Positions 30,784 to 41,171 of a stretch of 64,000 bases of DNA are shown in pieces (within the stretch, counting starts at the first letter, position 1; every line of letters starts with the position of its first letter). This DNA is from Endomicrobiales bacterium (GTDB lineage: Bacteria; Elusimicrobiota; Endomicrobiia; Endomicrobiales; CAWCFT01): NCBI GenBank assembly GCA_963794945.1, contig CAWCFT010000004.1:64001-128000 (forward strand), in the 5' to 3' direction. The notes under the pieces were generated by a model. It had not been told where the DNA came from and ran no database searches. It saw only the letters and a program-made list of their open reading frames with translations. Position numbers and translations under genes: made by a program.

Positions 30784-32094
30784 ATGACAAACACCAATCC
30801 CCCAAATTTTTATGGCCTCAATATTGCGCCCGGACTGCTTGATGTAATAAGCAAGCTTGGTTTTACTACACCTACGCCCATTCAGCACAAAGCCATCCCA
30901 ATGGCGATCGAAGGCAAAGATGTAATTGGCATCGCCCAAACAGGAACCGGCAAAACCATAGCGTTCGGCATACCTATGATACAGCGCCTAGCCCAGCTTA
31001 AAGGCAGGGGGCTCGTGCTTGTACCAACAAGAGAACTTGCCATACAGGTAAACGAAACAATAAAACTGTTCGCACCGGCTTTCAACATGGGTACCGCGGT
31101 ACTTATCGGCGGCGAATCCATGATGATGCAGGTCATCGCATTAAGGAAGATCCCCCGTATAATAGTCGCCACCCCGGGCAGGCTCTTGGACCACATAGGC
31201 CAGCACAGAATACGCCTTGACGACGTTAGCGTCCTTGTTCTTGACGAAGCAGACCGCATGCTTGACATGGGTTTCGCGCCCCAGATAGACAGGATATTAA
31301 AACTCATACCAAAAGACCGCCAGACAATGCTTTTCTCGGCCACAATGCCTGAAAAGATAGTGACCATAGCTTCATCTCACATGAAACTTCCCGTTTGCAC
31401 CGAGATCGCCCCCACGGGTACCACCGCGGCAGGCATATCGCAAGAGATATTCGTTGTCAACTCGGAATATAAGGGCAAACTGCTGGGAAAAATCTTGGAA
31501 CAATATACTGGCTCCATACTGATGTTCACCCGCACAAAGAGGGGCGCCTCAAAAGTGACTCGCCTTTTGCGCAGCCTAAACCATCCGGCGGCCGAGATAC
31601 ATGCAAACCGCAGCCTCAACCAGAGAAAAGAAGCACTGGAAGGCTTTAAGTCAGGCAAATACAGGATACTTGTAGCAACTGATATAGCCGCGCGCGGTAT
31701 AGACGTTAAGGGCATAGAGCTCGTCATCAACTACGACCTGCCTGACGACCCGGAGAACTACATTCACCGCATAGGGCGCACGGGAAGAGCAGGCCAGGAA
31801 GGGCACGCTATCTCGCTTGCGACGCCCGACCAGGGAAGCGACGTTCGTACAATCGAAAAGCTAATTCGTACCACAATACCGCTTTCAGCACATCCGTCAG
31901 TTCCAAAAGAGGACTTTGATTACTCCGCCCGTCCGGCAGCTTCAAAAGGGTATCGAGGCGGCGGCGGTTACGGACGCAGCAGCGGACGAAGCGGAGGCAG
32001 AAGCAGTTTTGGCGGAAGCAGCAGTAGCCGGAGCAGCTTTGGCAGTAGTAGCAGCAGCGGACGTAGCGGCAGCAGCGGACGCCGCTGGAGATAA
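30784..32094 (+). CDS. DEAD-box RNA helicase (RhlE-like) with G/R/S-rich tail
   Basis: PTPIQ, AQTGTGKT, PTRELA, DEAD, SAT, HRIGRTGR. Confidence 0.95.
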   Translation: MTNTNPPNFYGLNIAPGLLDVISKLGFTTPTPIQHKAIPMAIEGKDVIGIAQTGTGKTIAFGIPMIQRLAQLKGRGLVLVPTRELAIQVNETIKLFAPAFNMGTAVLIGGESMMMQVIALRKIPRIIVATPGRLLDHIGQHRIRLDDVSVLVLDEADRMLDMGFAPQIDRILKLIPKDRQTMLFSATMPEKIVTIASSHMKLPVCTEIAPTGTTAAGISQEIFVVNSEYKGKLLGKILEQYTGSILMFTRTKRGASKVTRLLRSLNHPAAEIHANRSLNQRKEALEGFKSGKYRILVATDIAARGIDVKGIELVINYDLPDDPENYIHRIGRTGRAGQEGHAISLATPDQGSDVRTIEKLIRTTIPLSAHPSVPKEDFDYSARPAASKGYRGGGGYGRSSGRSGGRSSFGGSSSSRSSFGSSSSSGRSGSSGRRWR

Positions 32095-32120
32095 GACATT
32101 TTTCAAACTATCACAAATAG

Positions 32121-32157
32121 AAAACAGCTCAATCTTATAGATTGGACTGTTTTTTTA
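32121..32157 (+). terminator. Probable intrinsic terminator
   Basis: AAAACAGCTCAATCT..AGATTGGACTGTTTT stem followed by a T-run. Confidence 0.6.
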
Positions 32158-32206
32158 ATTTACTCGTATACTCGTGTCAATCAGAATTATTTATAGATAT
32201 GCGAAC

Positions 32207-33517
32207 CTAAAAAGTTATACCGCAAGTCAGCTGAACATCATATTTTGCCTGGAAAAACGTATACTCACCGTTATCGGGGCCAAGAAAGTAATTTAACAGC
32301 AAGCCGGCCGAAAAATCATAAATATTAGTATAGGTTACGCCGGTAGAAAGTATGCTGGTACTATCGTTAAAGTTCCTGATGTAATTGCAGTTAAAGGTCA
32401 TGTCGGTTATAATAAACCTTGTTACAGTGACAAAAAGCGCACCATAATAACGCGACAGATAGTTAGGCGTATAGAGGCCGTTGTAGAGCATGAAATCCCT
32501 TTGTGTGCCGGAAGTTACGGTGTTTATACCGCCCAATCCGTTCGGCACAGCGACCGGTGTTCCGAACTGGTAAACAGAAGTGTCTTTAAAGGGGGTATTT
32601 TCATAGCCCAGCTGGTTGTAGAATAACTCCGAAGAGACGGTCAGCCTGTCGTTGAAATTGCCCAGCCTGAACCCCTTTGAGAAGTTAACACTTGTACGCG
32701 GCGCCCAGTCATAGTTATCATAATATATGTCAAGTTTCCCCTGGTCTACCCTAACCCTGTTGAGGTTATCCCCCCTCGAAATACTGAACTCGCCCAAAAT
32801 GTCCACGTCTCCCGCTCTTGATGATAGATCGTAGCCGAACATGGGATTGTAGCCTTTTTTTGCCCATCCCGAGAACGCCATTTCAGTTTTTCCCGTAAGG
32901 AATTCATATTTGAGCGCGCCGCCAAGCGCATCGGATGAAGACGCGTTGCCGGTGTCAATAAACCCATATATATTCTGTTTTGTTCCGAAAGGTATATGGA
33001 ATTTAAGCCCGTATGCGCCTTCACGGTCGCCTATCTTTCTTATGAAAGGCAGCTTTTCGATGTTTATCAGGTCCGTGGGGTTCCACAGATAACAGCGGCC
33101 CCATTGGAGCACCTGCTTGCCGGTACGGAAATAGATATTACGGTCAAAGTTAAAGTCAAAAAATACTTCACGCACGTCATACGTTGTAGTCTTTGACTGA
33201 GCAAAATAGCTGGTCTCTATGTCAGCGTAGGCCTTGATGTCATTTTTCATACGGATGTCGATAAAAGTGTTACTGACTATGTAGGAGTTAAGCCCGTCAG
33301 ATGTGGAAGTGCTTACACCCACATCTTCCATTACACTTGTTATGCGCCCGGAAAAGGCTATGGATTTTTTTTCTTCTACCGGCTTTGTTATATTGGCCGG
33401 TTGGGTAACAACGCTGGTGCTGGAAAACATATCGCTTTCGTTGATCACATCAAATGAGAAACAAGAATAAACTGCGGCGATCAACGTGAAAATTGCCATG
33501 GCAAAACATCTGATCAT
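32207..33517 (-). CDS. Putative outer-membrane beta-barrel
   Basis: Signal peptide, TGKQVLQWG..WNPTD motif, C-terminal Phe. Confidence 0.75.
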   Translation of the reverse strand: MIRCFAMAIFTLIAAVYSCFSFDVINESDMFSSTSVVTQPANITKPVEEKKSIAFSGRITSVMEDVGVSTSTSDGLNSYIVSNTFIDIRMKNDIKAYADIETSYFAQSKTTTYDVREVFFDFNFDRNIYFRTGKQVLQWGRCYLWNPTDLINIEKLPFIRKIGDREGAYGLKFHIPFGTKQNIYGFIDTGNASSSDALGGALKYEFLTGKTEMAFSGWAKKGYNPMFGYDLSSRAGDVDILGEFSISRGDNLNRVRVDQGKLDIYYDNYDWAPRTSVNFSKGFRLGNFNDRLTVSSELFYNQLGYENTPFKDTSVYQFGTPVAVPNGLGGINTVTSGTQRDFMLYNGLYTPNYLSRYYGALFVTVTRFIITDMTFNCNYIRNFNDSTSILSTGVTYTNIYDFSAGLLLNYFLGPDNGEYTFFQAKYDVQLTCGITF

Positions 33518-33549
33518 TGGTTAATCCTTAACCGTTCCATTATTCTTAG

Positions 33550-34341
33550 CTATTTGCTGAGGTTCTCAAGGTACGCTTTCGTGAAAATGCTATCCTCAAG
33601 CCTGTTCGTTGAAATGTCGGAAATATCTACAACAGTTTTGTTTCCCTTCTCAAATTCATCAATAAATATCTGTTTAACCGGGACATATCTTCCGTCTATC
33701 ACCGTAAATTTAAGGAAGTACGCGGTCTGCATCAGGGTTCCTGAAAGTGAATATGATTCCTGCTTAAGCAGCAGGTTGTTGTCCCTGCGGGTCCACATAA
33801 TTTTTTTTGGATAGTCCACATCGTTGACCCTTGCATTTACTTCGAACTTGTACACCGGGACCTGACCGAGCATATCTTCCGATATCTTTTCGTTTTTCTG
33901 AGGGTCCAGCGCCGGGGCGTAAAGCTCGGTGAGTTTGCGCGTTTCAAAGTCGTCGCTGTGAGCGTCGGTGCCGCCTATGCTCTCGTCGCGGTTTATGTGC
34001 TGGAATGTCCGCGTGTTTATGCGGTACATCCAGAAGTTGTCGCCAACCCGCAGGTAACCATTGCCCTTTTCGTTCTCTGGAGCCGTCATTATTATAAGGA
34101 ACGAGTCGTCTGAATCCCTGCGGTAGTACTTCATCTCTATGACCTTTGTGCCCTGGTCCGGCTTCTGCTGCGTGAGCATGACGATCGCCTTAGCGTTTGT
34201 TTTTATCTTGTAATTGTAATCTATGCTTTGGAGGATAGGAACTATTCTGCTGTCGGCGTACGCCGAAAACGGCAGCGCCAGCATAAAACCTAGTATGATT
34301 ATATTTCTTTTCAATGCCTGCTCCTTTATTGTTGGTGACAA
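33550..34341 (-). CDS. LolA-like outer-membrane lipoprotein-sorting protein
   Basis: P..EKG.GYL, WMY, GGTD...DD, FTKAYL pattern. Confidence 0.8.
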   Translation of the reverse strand: MSPTIKEQALKRNIIILGFMLALPFSAYADSRIVPILQSIDYNYKIKTNAKAIVMLTQQKPDQGTKVIEMKYYRRDSDDSFLIIMTAPENEKGNGYLRVGDNFWMYRINTRTFQHINRDESIGGTDAHSDDFETRKLTELYAPALDPQKNEKISEDMLGQVPVYKFEVNARVNDVDYPKKIMWTRRDNNLLLKQESYSLSGTLMQTAYFLKFTVIDGRYVPVKQIFIDEFEKGNKTVVDISDISTNRLEDSIFTKAYLENLSK

Positions 34342-34347
34342 GAATTA

Positions 34348-36111
34348 TTACTCAAAATGCCTCAAGGCTTTCGCCGGCGACAGGTTCGCTGCCCTTCTCG
34401 CCGGAAAATAGGCCGTTATCACGGCGATCGAAACTATCAAAATGATATTTCCCGTAACTCCCCAGAATGTCGGCAGGAAATACAAACGGCTGTTAACCAA
34501 CAGCATGCCCATCGGGTTGTCCGACATATTGAACGTTATTCTTGAAAGAAGCCACATGCCGCCGAAGGCAAGCACCGTGCCGGCTATCGACGCAAAGAGA
34601 GTAAGGAAAAACGTCTCGAGAATAAAGGTGTTCCTGACATCGTTTTTCTGCATGCCTATGGCGCGCGTCGTGCCGATCTCGCGGGTGCGCTCGCGGATGG
34701 TCATGCGCAAGGTGTTTACGACACCTAGCAGTATTATAAAGAACAATACCATTACAGCGGAGAGGGTAATGAGTTTGAGGACGCCCTCGAGCTTGAGGAT
34801 ATCGCTCGCGGTCTCGTACATGGTAGACACATCCACAACAGTGCCCTTCCATCTGGTCTTGCCGAGCTCCCTATATTTTTTTACCGCCTCGTCAGTGTCG
34901 TAAGTCCTCTTTAGAAGGATCCACTCTGGCGTGAGAAGCGAATACCACGGGTCGTCTTTCTTCGGGATAAAGGCCCGCGTGTCCGGGCCGTACGTTTCGG
35001 GTAGGTTCTGGTAGTAATAATCATAAAACTTTTCATCGTTGACGAGTATAACGTTGCCGGCAAGCCCGTTCGCGCTCTTGCAAACCGCGCTGACACTGAG
35101 GTTCTGCTCGGAATCGGTTTTCTCGAACTTTCTCTTATAGCTTATTGTTATGTTCTCTCCCGGCGAAACATCGAGCGCACGGGCAAGAGGCTGTGTTATT
35201 ATCACGCCGTCTTTTAGCATGGCTTTGTCCAGGCGGCCGCTCTCGATCTTGAGCATACCGGAAAGCTTCTTTTTTGATTCGTCGTCGCTGCGATAGCCGA
35301 GCAAGGTAGCTTCTGCGAGCCTGCCGCCGTGCTTGGCAACTCCATAGATTACCGCGAGCCCCGGTTCGAGGCGCGCGTGAATGTCGTCCGCGATCTTCCT
35401 CGCGTTCTTCTGCGGGTCTTTTATAACAAGATGAATGCTCGCGCTCTCGTAAGGCCTGTAGCCCAGCACTTCCTTTGCCCTGGCGAGTTCGAGGAAAGTT
35501 ACGGGCTGCATGAACACATTGTCGTTCTTCATTATGCCGACCACGGTGAGCCGCTCGGCTTGGTCCTGGCCGAACATGTTGCGGAAACGCAGGCGGATTA
35601 TGTCATTTTTCTTGACGTTTAAGTAGCGAGCCTTCTCTTCAGAGATTATGACCGGGTTTTCAATGGACATGTCCTCAAGGTCTTTCCAGCTGCCTACGAT
35701 AAGCCTGAAGGATTCTTTGAGAGCTTTCAGGTCCTCCTTGCTCACATTCTTGGTAGTGTTCGCACCTACAAGTATTATGTTGTTCGACCTTCCGTTGCCG
35801 ATGGCTCGGCAGAACATTCCCACAGCCTCGTCAGCCTGAAGAACGTTTGGTTCGCCCTTTATGGCCGCCATGATGCGGTCCTTGTCGCGGAATATCTCCC
35901 TTGTCACCCTGCCTTTCTCATTAAAACGTATGGTGACCTGGCCGGTCGCCCAGCGCAGGACCTTATTGAACATGTTGTCGGAAATTCCGTGCGAGAATGA
36001 ATCGGCTATTATCAGTATGACGACTCCCAGAGCTATAGCCGCGCCAAGGAGAATGTTCCTGCGCTTTTGCCGAAGAAGGTTCCTTAAACTGAGCATTATT
36101 AGTAGATTCAT
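34348..36111 (-). CDS. FtsX/MacB/LolE-family ABC permease
   Basis: RNLLRQKRR, ERTREIGTTRAIG, PARRAANLSP. Confidence 0.9.
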   Translation of the reverse strand: MNLLIMLSLRNLLRQKRRNILLGAAIALGVVILIIADSFSHGISDNMFNKVLRWATGQVTIRFNEKGRVTREIFRDKDRIMAAIKGEPNVLQADEAVGMFCRAIGNGRSNNIILVGANTTKNVSKEDLKALKESFRLIVGSWKDLEDMSIENPVIISEEKARYLNVKKNDIIRLRFRNMFGQDQAERLTVVGIMKNDNVFMQPVTFLELARAKEVLGYRPYESASIHLVIKDPQKNARKIADDIHARLEPGLAVIYGVAKHGGRLAEATLLGYRSDDESKKKLSGMLKIESGRLDKAMLKDGVIITQPLARALDVSPGENITISYKRKFEKTDSEQNLSVSAVCKSANGLAGNVILVNDEKFYDYYYQNLPETYGPDTRAFIPKKDDPWYSLLTPEWILLKRTYDTDEAVKKYRELGKTRWKGTVVDVSTMYETASDILKLEGVLKLITLSAVMVLFFIILLGVVNTLRMTIRERTREIGTTRAIGMQKNDVRNTFILETFFLTLFASIAGTVLAFGGMWLLSRITFNMSDNPMGMLLVNSRLYFLPTFWGVTGNIILIVSIAVITAYFPARRAANLSPAKALRHFE

Positions 36112-36125
36112 ATTAGTTATAGACC

Positions 36126-36212
36126 ATTAAAGATTTAAGATTTCAAAATTAAATATTCTTTGTTTATAGGCAGTTCAATTTTACAATTTTTAATCTTCTA
36201 ATTTTGAATTTC
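36126..36212. repeat. AT-rich periodic imperfect inverted repeat between the two permease genes
   Basis: AAAGATTTAAGATTTCAAAATT mirrored by AATTTTTAATCTTCTAATTTTGAATTT. Confidence 0.55.
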
Positions 36213-36215
36213 GTT

Positions 36216-37749
36216 TCAGTCCCTCTGTATGGCATCCAAAGGCGTTATATTCCTCGCGACAATGACCGGATAGAAGGCCGCGACAATAGTCACGAATATG
36301 AGCTGGACTATCGTGAGCGCGATGTCCGGCAGCATCAGAACCGGGTGAAAAACATCTCCGCCGTACAGAAGCTGCACCATATCATTGGTTGTGGTTATCT
36401 TAAAAAGAGGGATCAGTTTCACTATTAGTATACCCGTGATTATACCGGCTCCTCCGAAAACAGCGGAAAGCACGGCTGTCTCTCCAAAGAACATGCCCCC
36501 GATAAAAGATTTCCTCGCCCCGACAGCCCTCATCATGCCTATCTCTGAAGTCCGTTCTAGAGCCGCCATGGTGAGCGTGTTTACTATTATTATTATCGCC
36601 ACGCAGAAGAGCAGCGTGACGAACATGAAAAGAGCTCCCTTTATAAGAAGCGTCATTGAGCCTATAGGCCCGGCGGCCTTGTTCCAGGAAACGGCTCTCA
36701 CGCCTGTATTCAGCCGCGGTTAAAGCCTTGTTGAGCATGCCGAGAGCATACGAGTAAGAAACACCGTTCTTTAGTTTGATGAACACAAGATTATAGACGC
36801 CGTCTTCTATGCCCAAATCTTTGGTTTGTCCGGACTGCGGCTTCTGCTTCAGCTCAACAGCTTTGTTGTGCGCGTTCGGGACGATTATCTGTTCAGAGCC
36901 GAACATAGAATCTATGTCGCCCGAACCCATGTTGAGTAGTTTCTGCTCCTCTTTAGGCACTTCCACCGCCTGGTCTCCCGCTGAAAAATATCCAAGGCAA
37001 TTGCGGTAGGATTCGATATCGGTTACGCAGAAATGCCCGAATATCGAATTAAGCGCGTTGTATTTGACAATTCCTTTCACTCCGAACCTGATGTCCGTAG
37101 ATGTGTTGGAACCGCTGGAGAGGCCCATCATAACTATGCTTGTGGAAACTACAAGGCTCTGCATGTTCTCAGATGCCTCTTTTGTCAGGTTCTCTTTGAC
37201 GATCTTTCCGCCTTCCGGAATAACCCAAATGTCCATTGCCGTGTATATGTGCTCGTTGCGGATGTGAGTCGGGACGAGTATGCTGTTCTTTTCAGCCGGG
37301 TTTAACAGGCGGCCTTCAATGGGTTTCATATTGTCCGGGAACATTTTCTGGTACTGGTTAAAATCAACGCCCATCAGGTAAGCGAAGCTGGGCGAATTCT
37401 CGTCTTCTTTAAGTATCATGACAGTGTTCTCGCCCGCCGGCAGAAAACGATCTATATAGCCCTGTGATTTCAGGACTTCTTTTATTTCCTTGTATGTGGT
37501 CACGGGTTCGATGGAGGTCCCCATCATATTGAAGAAAATATTGTCGGACTTCTGTTTGTCCGATATCAACACAATATCGCCCATGAACGTGTTAACCACG
37601 TTCTTGCGGATACCGGCGTCCATGCCCGTGATGACACCGTTGCCAAGCGTCATGAGCAGGGCGCCTATAAAAAGTATGACGCCTATAACAAGGCTCTTTC
37701 CTTTGTGGCGCAATATGTTGCGCCAGGCTATCTTAAGCAGAAGATTCAT
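36216..37749 (-). CDS. FtsX/MacB/LolE-family ABC permease (frameshift near 36710)
   Basis: AWRNILRHK N-terminus; ERTSEIGMMRAVG C-terminal ORF. Confidence 0.88.
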
Positions 37750-37770
37750 TATTTTTCCTGATGGTTTAGC

Positions 37771-38463
37771 TTATTGGACTGACGCAGCCGGCTGCTCTAT
37801 CAGTCCGTCCTTTATTTTCGTAATATTGTTAGCATACTTCAACACGTTAGCGTCATGGGTGGAAAATATAAAGGTAGTTTTTTCTATCTTGTTCATTTCT
37901 TTCATGAGCTCGAGTATCTGGCCCCCGGTAACTGAATCGAGGTTCGCCGTTGGCTCGTCCGCGAGAACGATATCCGGGTTGGTAACGAGAGCTCTGGCTA
38001 TGGCAACGCGCTGGCGCTGGCCTCCCGAAAGCTCGGCTGGGCGGTGCTTTGCGAATTCCTTAAGCCCCACTTCATCTATCAGCTTATCGGCTCGGCCGCG
38101 TATCTCCTTGGCAGAATGTTTCTTCATAAGAAGCAGCGGGAACTCAATGTTCTCAATAACGTCCAGAACAGGGATAAGGTTAAATGTCTGAAAAATGAAC
38201 CCGATCTTGTTAAGCCTGATATCCGTGATCTCTCTGTCGTTTAATGAAGTTATCTCTCTCCCACCAACCTGAACGCTTCCCCTTGTAGCGAAGTCTATGC
38301 ATCCGATAACATTCAAAAGGGTTGTTTTGCCACTGCCGGATGGCCCCACGATGCTCATGAAATCGCCTTCTTTAACTTTCAGGTCAACCCCGCGCAGGGC
38401 GTGCACAACAGTATTTCCCAGCGGGTACTCCTTGTACAGCTGCTTGATCTCAATAATATTCAC
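37771..38463 (-). CDS. LolD/MacB-type ABC ATPase
   Basis: GPSGSGKT, LSGGQRQRVAIARAL, LADEPTANLD. Confidence 0.95.
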   Translation of the reverse strand: MNIIEIKQLYKEYPLGNTVVHALRGVDLKVKEGDFMSIVGPSGSGKTTLLNVIGCIDFATRGSVQVGGREITSLNDREITDIRLNKIGFIFQTFNLIPVLDVIENIEFPLLLMKKHSAKEIRGRADKLIDEVGLKEFAKHRPAELSGGQRQRVAIARALVTNPDIVLADEPTANLDSVTGGQILELMKEMNKIEKTTFIFSTHDANVLKYANNITKIKDGLIEQPAASVQ

Positions 38464-38631
38464 ACTCTTGCTCCTATTCCTACTTGAACACCTGAAATAT
38501 GGTTAATCTTACCATTTTAATATATGTATTTCAATTGAGCCTGAGAAAACCAAAAGCCATGTGAATTCTTGAAATCGCAATATAGATTAAGTATAATTAC
38601 TGGCCGTTATATCTTAAAAGGGGAGGATTAC

Positions 38632-39058
38632 ATGAAAAAGTTAGCAGCCATTGTCACAGTTCTTATCGCAGTATCCGCAGCAGCTTTTGCAGCAGAACGC
38701 CACTCCAGTCAAGCTGTCATTGTTCCCAAAGATCGCCGTACCGGAATCGCAAACTGTCCACGGCCTTGACCTCGGGATCATCGCAACAAAGGTTGACGAA
38801 GTGCAGGGTGTACAGCTCGCCTGGATATACTGCGGAACAAGGAATAAGTTTGTAGGTTTTCAAAGTGCGTTCATAGCCATAGACAAAGATGCAACCGGTC
38901 TTACATACGGCTTCGTGAACGAAGCTGAGAGCTTCACCGGAGTCCAGCTCGGCTTTGTCAATATAGCTGATAAAATGAAGGGTGTTCAGCTTGGCCTTGT
39001 GAATATAATCAAAACAGGCCCTGTACCTGCGATGGTCTTCATAAACGCTAACTTCTAA
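38632..39058 (+). CDS. Small exported protein with GVQLG.VN repeats (LA_2272-like; frameshift near 38695)
   Basis: GGAGG-ATG 38632 signal peptide joins ORF with GVQL/GFVN repeats and terminal Phe. Confidence 0.7.
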
Positions 39059-39073
39059 ATACTAAAACTTAAA

Positions 39074-39113
39074 TAAAAAAGCCCCCGGTATTCTTACCGT
39101 GGGCTTTCTTATT
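39074..39113. terminator. Bidirectional intrinsic terminator
   Basis: AAAAAAGCCCCCGGTA..TACCGTGGGCTTTCTT between convergent genes. Confidence 0.65.
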
Positions 39114-39147
39114 TGTATTTACATGCTTTTGCTCAGCAATGCAGCGG

Positions 39148-39357
39148 CTAATGACAAGACGAGCAGTTCTTTCCAGGCCCGCAGGACGAACATGAGTGCC
39201 CGCTTGACGGCCCGCCGGCTCCCGGGGAGGCGAACGTTGAAAACAGCCTTCGCAGGTCGCTGCCGCCACATCCTTTACAAACTGGCTTATCACCTGACAT
39301 TATAAGAAGCTCTATCTTCTTTTTACACTGGTTGCAATAAAACTCATATATCGGCAT
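39148..39357 (-). CDS. FmdB-family zinc-ribbon protein
   Basis: MPIYEFYCNQC...CKGCGG...CSSC...CSSCH. Confidence 0.9.
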   Translation of the reverse strand: MPIYEFYCNQCKKKIELLIMSGDKPVCKGCGGSDLRRLFSTFASPGAGGPSSGHSCSSCGPGKNCSSCH

Positions 39358-39393
39358 AACACACCAAACAAATATGAGAAATAACTTAATAAT

Positions 39394-41130
39394 TTATTTC
39401 TCTGTATTGTCCTTGTATTCGTCTATCTCCAGCACTTCGCCAAGTGTCGGACGGTCCTTGTTCCCGGCGTATTTTTTCACAAGCTCTTTTTCACGGTCGT
39501 GGTCGAGTTTCTTTATCGAGATATCGATCTTTCTTTCAGCAGGATCGCTCTTTATAACCTTTGCTTCTACGCTCTGTCCAACCTTAAGCGCTTCCGATGC
39601 TGACTCGATTTTTTTCTGCGCAATCTCCGAAATCCTGACCAGCGCCTCTATGCCGGGTTCAAGTTCAACGAATGCACCGAACTCGACTATTCTTTTAACT
39701 ATCCCGGTAACCGTTGACCCGGCCTTGTATTTTTTAAATGGGTCTTCTGTTACATGTTTTAACGAAAGTGATATTTTTTCGTTTGCCGGGTTTATCTCCA
39801 TCACAACGCACTCAATCTCTTCGCCTATTTTCATGAAATCTTTCGGATGGTTGACCTTGCGCGTCCAAGACATGTCGGCCAAGTGTATCAGGCCTTCGAT
39901 GCCTTCCGGAAGTTTCACGAAGGCTCCGAACGGAGCAAAACTCGAAACCACGCATTTGACCTTTGTCCCGGCCGGGTATTTTTTGCTGGCTTCTTCCCAT
40001 GGGTTCGACTGCATCCGTTTCAGTGAAAGCGACAGCTTTTCCTTTTCCGGGTCAAGCGCGATCACCTTGGGCTCTATCTCCTGGCCCACAACAAACTTCT
40101 TCTTTAAATCTTCCTTCTTTTCATCCCAGGATATCTCGGAGGTATGCATAAGCCCCTCGATGCCTGGCTCAAGTTCAACGAAAACTCCGAAACTCGTTAC
40201 CGAAGTCACCTTTCCCTTGACTATTGTGCCAACGGGGTACTTCTGCACGGTCTTGTTCCACGGTCGTTCCGAAAGCTGTTTCATTCCCAGCGATATTTTG
40301 TTAGTTACGCGGTCTATCTTAAGTATCTGGACCTGAACCTTCTGCCCGGTCTTAACAGCGTCGTCGACTTTCTTTATGTGGTGCCAGCTGATATCTCCGA
40401 TGTGCAGGAGCCCATCTATACCGCCAAGGTCAACGAAAGCACCAAACCCTGTAACACCAGTTACCGTCCCTTCTACGACCTCTCCTTCCTTTATGCTCGA
40501 GAGCACTCTTTCCTTTTTCGTCTTCTGTTCGGCCTCAAGCAGCTTACGCCTCGATAGAACGATGTTCCTCTTTTCCGGGTTCATTTCCATGATCGCAAAC
40601 ATGAATTTCTTGCCTATATATTTATCTGTGTTCTTAGCAAAATGTGTGTCGACTTGCGAAGCCGGAAGGAAAGCGTCCATTCCTATGTCAACAGAAAAAC
40701 CGCCCTTGTTCTTCCTCCTTATTATTCCTTCGATTGGCTGGTTCGTTTTCGCGGCATTGTTTATCTTTTCCCAGGCGTCTTTTTCCCTCGCTCTTTTCCA
40801 GGATACCGGCAGGTGGCCGTCTTCGGAACGCGTGTTAGTTACTATTACGGGTATCAAGCTCTCAGGAACGATCTCGGCGAGCGCTTCCGGGTTGTTCTCG
40901 AACTCCTGTTTCGGCACTAGGCCGTCAGATTTGATACCTAGGTCTACCACTACCCCGTCTTCAGTGACCGCGACCACTCTCGCCATTATCACTTTACCTT
41001 CTTCAAGCTTAACTTCTGGCCCGAGAAGCTGTTCCATATTCATGCCTTCTTCGCCGCCATTCTCTGCACCCGGTTTATCCGCAGAGGATTCCGTGGCGGA
41101 AATATTTTGAACGTTTTTTGAGTCTTCCAT
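39394..41130 (-). CDS. rpsA: 30S ribosomal protein S1
   Basis: Six S1 repeats (FGAFVDLGG.DGLLH etc.). Confidence 0.97.
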   Translation of the reverse strand: MEDSKNVQNISATESSADKPGAENGGEEGMNMEQLLGPEVKLEEGKVIMARVVAVTEDGVVVDLGIKSDGLVPKQEFENNPEALAEIVPESLIPVIVTNTRSEDGHLPVSWKRAREKDAWEKINNAAKTNQPIEGIIRRKNKGGFSVDIGMDAFLPASQVDTHFAKNTDKYIGKKFMFAIMEMNPEKRNIVLSRRKLLEAEQKTKKERVLSSIKEGEVVEGTVTGVTGFGAFVDLGGIDGLLHIGDISWHHIKKVDDAVKTGQKVQVQILKIDRVTNKISLGMKQLSERPWNKTVQKYPVGTIVKGKVTSVTSFGVFVELEPGIEGLMHTSEISWDEKKEDLKKKFVVGQEIEPKVIALDPEKEKLSLSLKRMQSNPWEEASKKYPAGTKVKCVVSSFAPFGAFVKLPEGIEGLIHLADMSWTRKVNHPKDFMKIGEEIECVVMEINPANEKISLSLKHVTEDPFKKYKAGSTVTGIVKRIVEFGAFVELEPGIEALVRISEIAQKKIESASEALKVGQSVEAKVIKSDPAERKIDISIKKLDHDREKELVKKYAGNKDRPTLGEVLEIDEYKDNTEK

Positions 41131-41171
41131 TGCACTCTCCTTTTATTGTTTGACGACCGGAAAAAGACATT

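Noticed and set aside
31955..32090. GGC/AGC-rich repeats as a DNA repeat element or CRISPR
   Set aside because: They encode the ordinary Gly/Arg/Ser-rich tail of the DEAD-box helicase; no repeat-spacer pattern anywhere in the window
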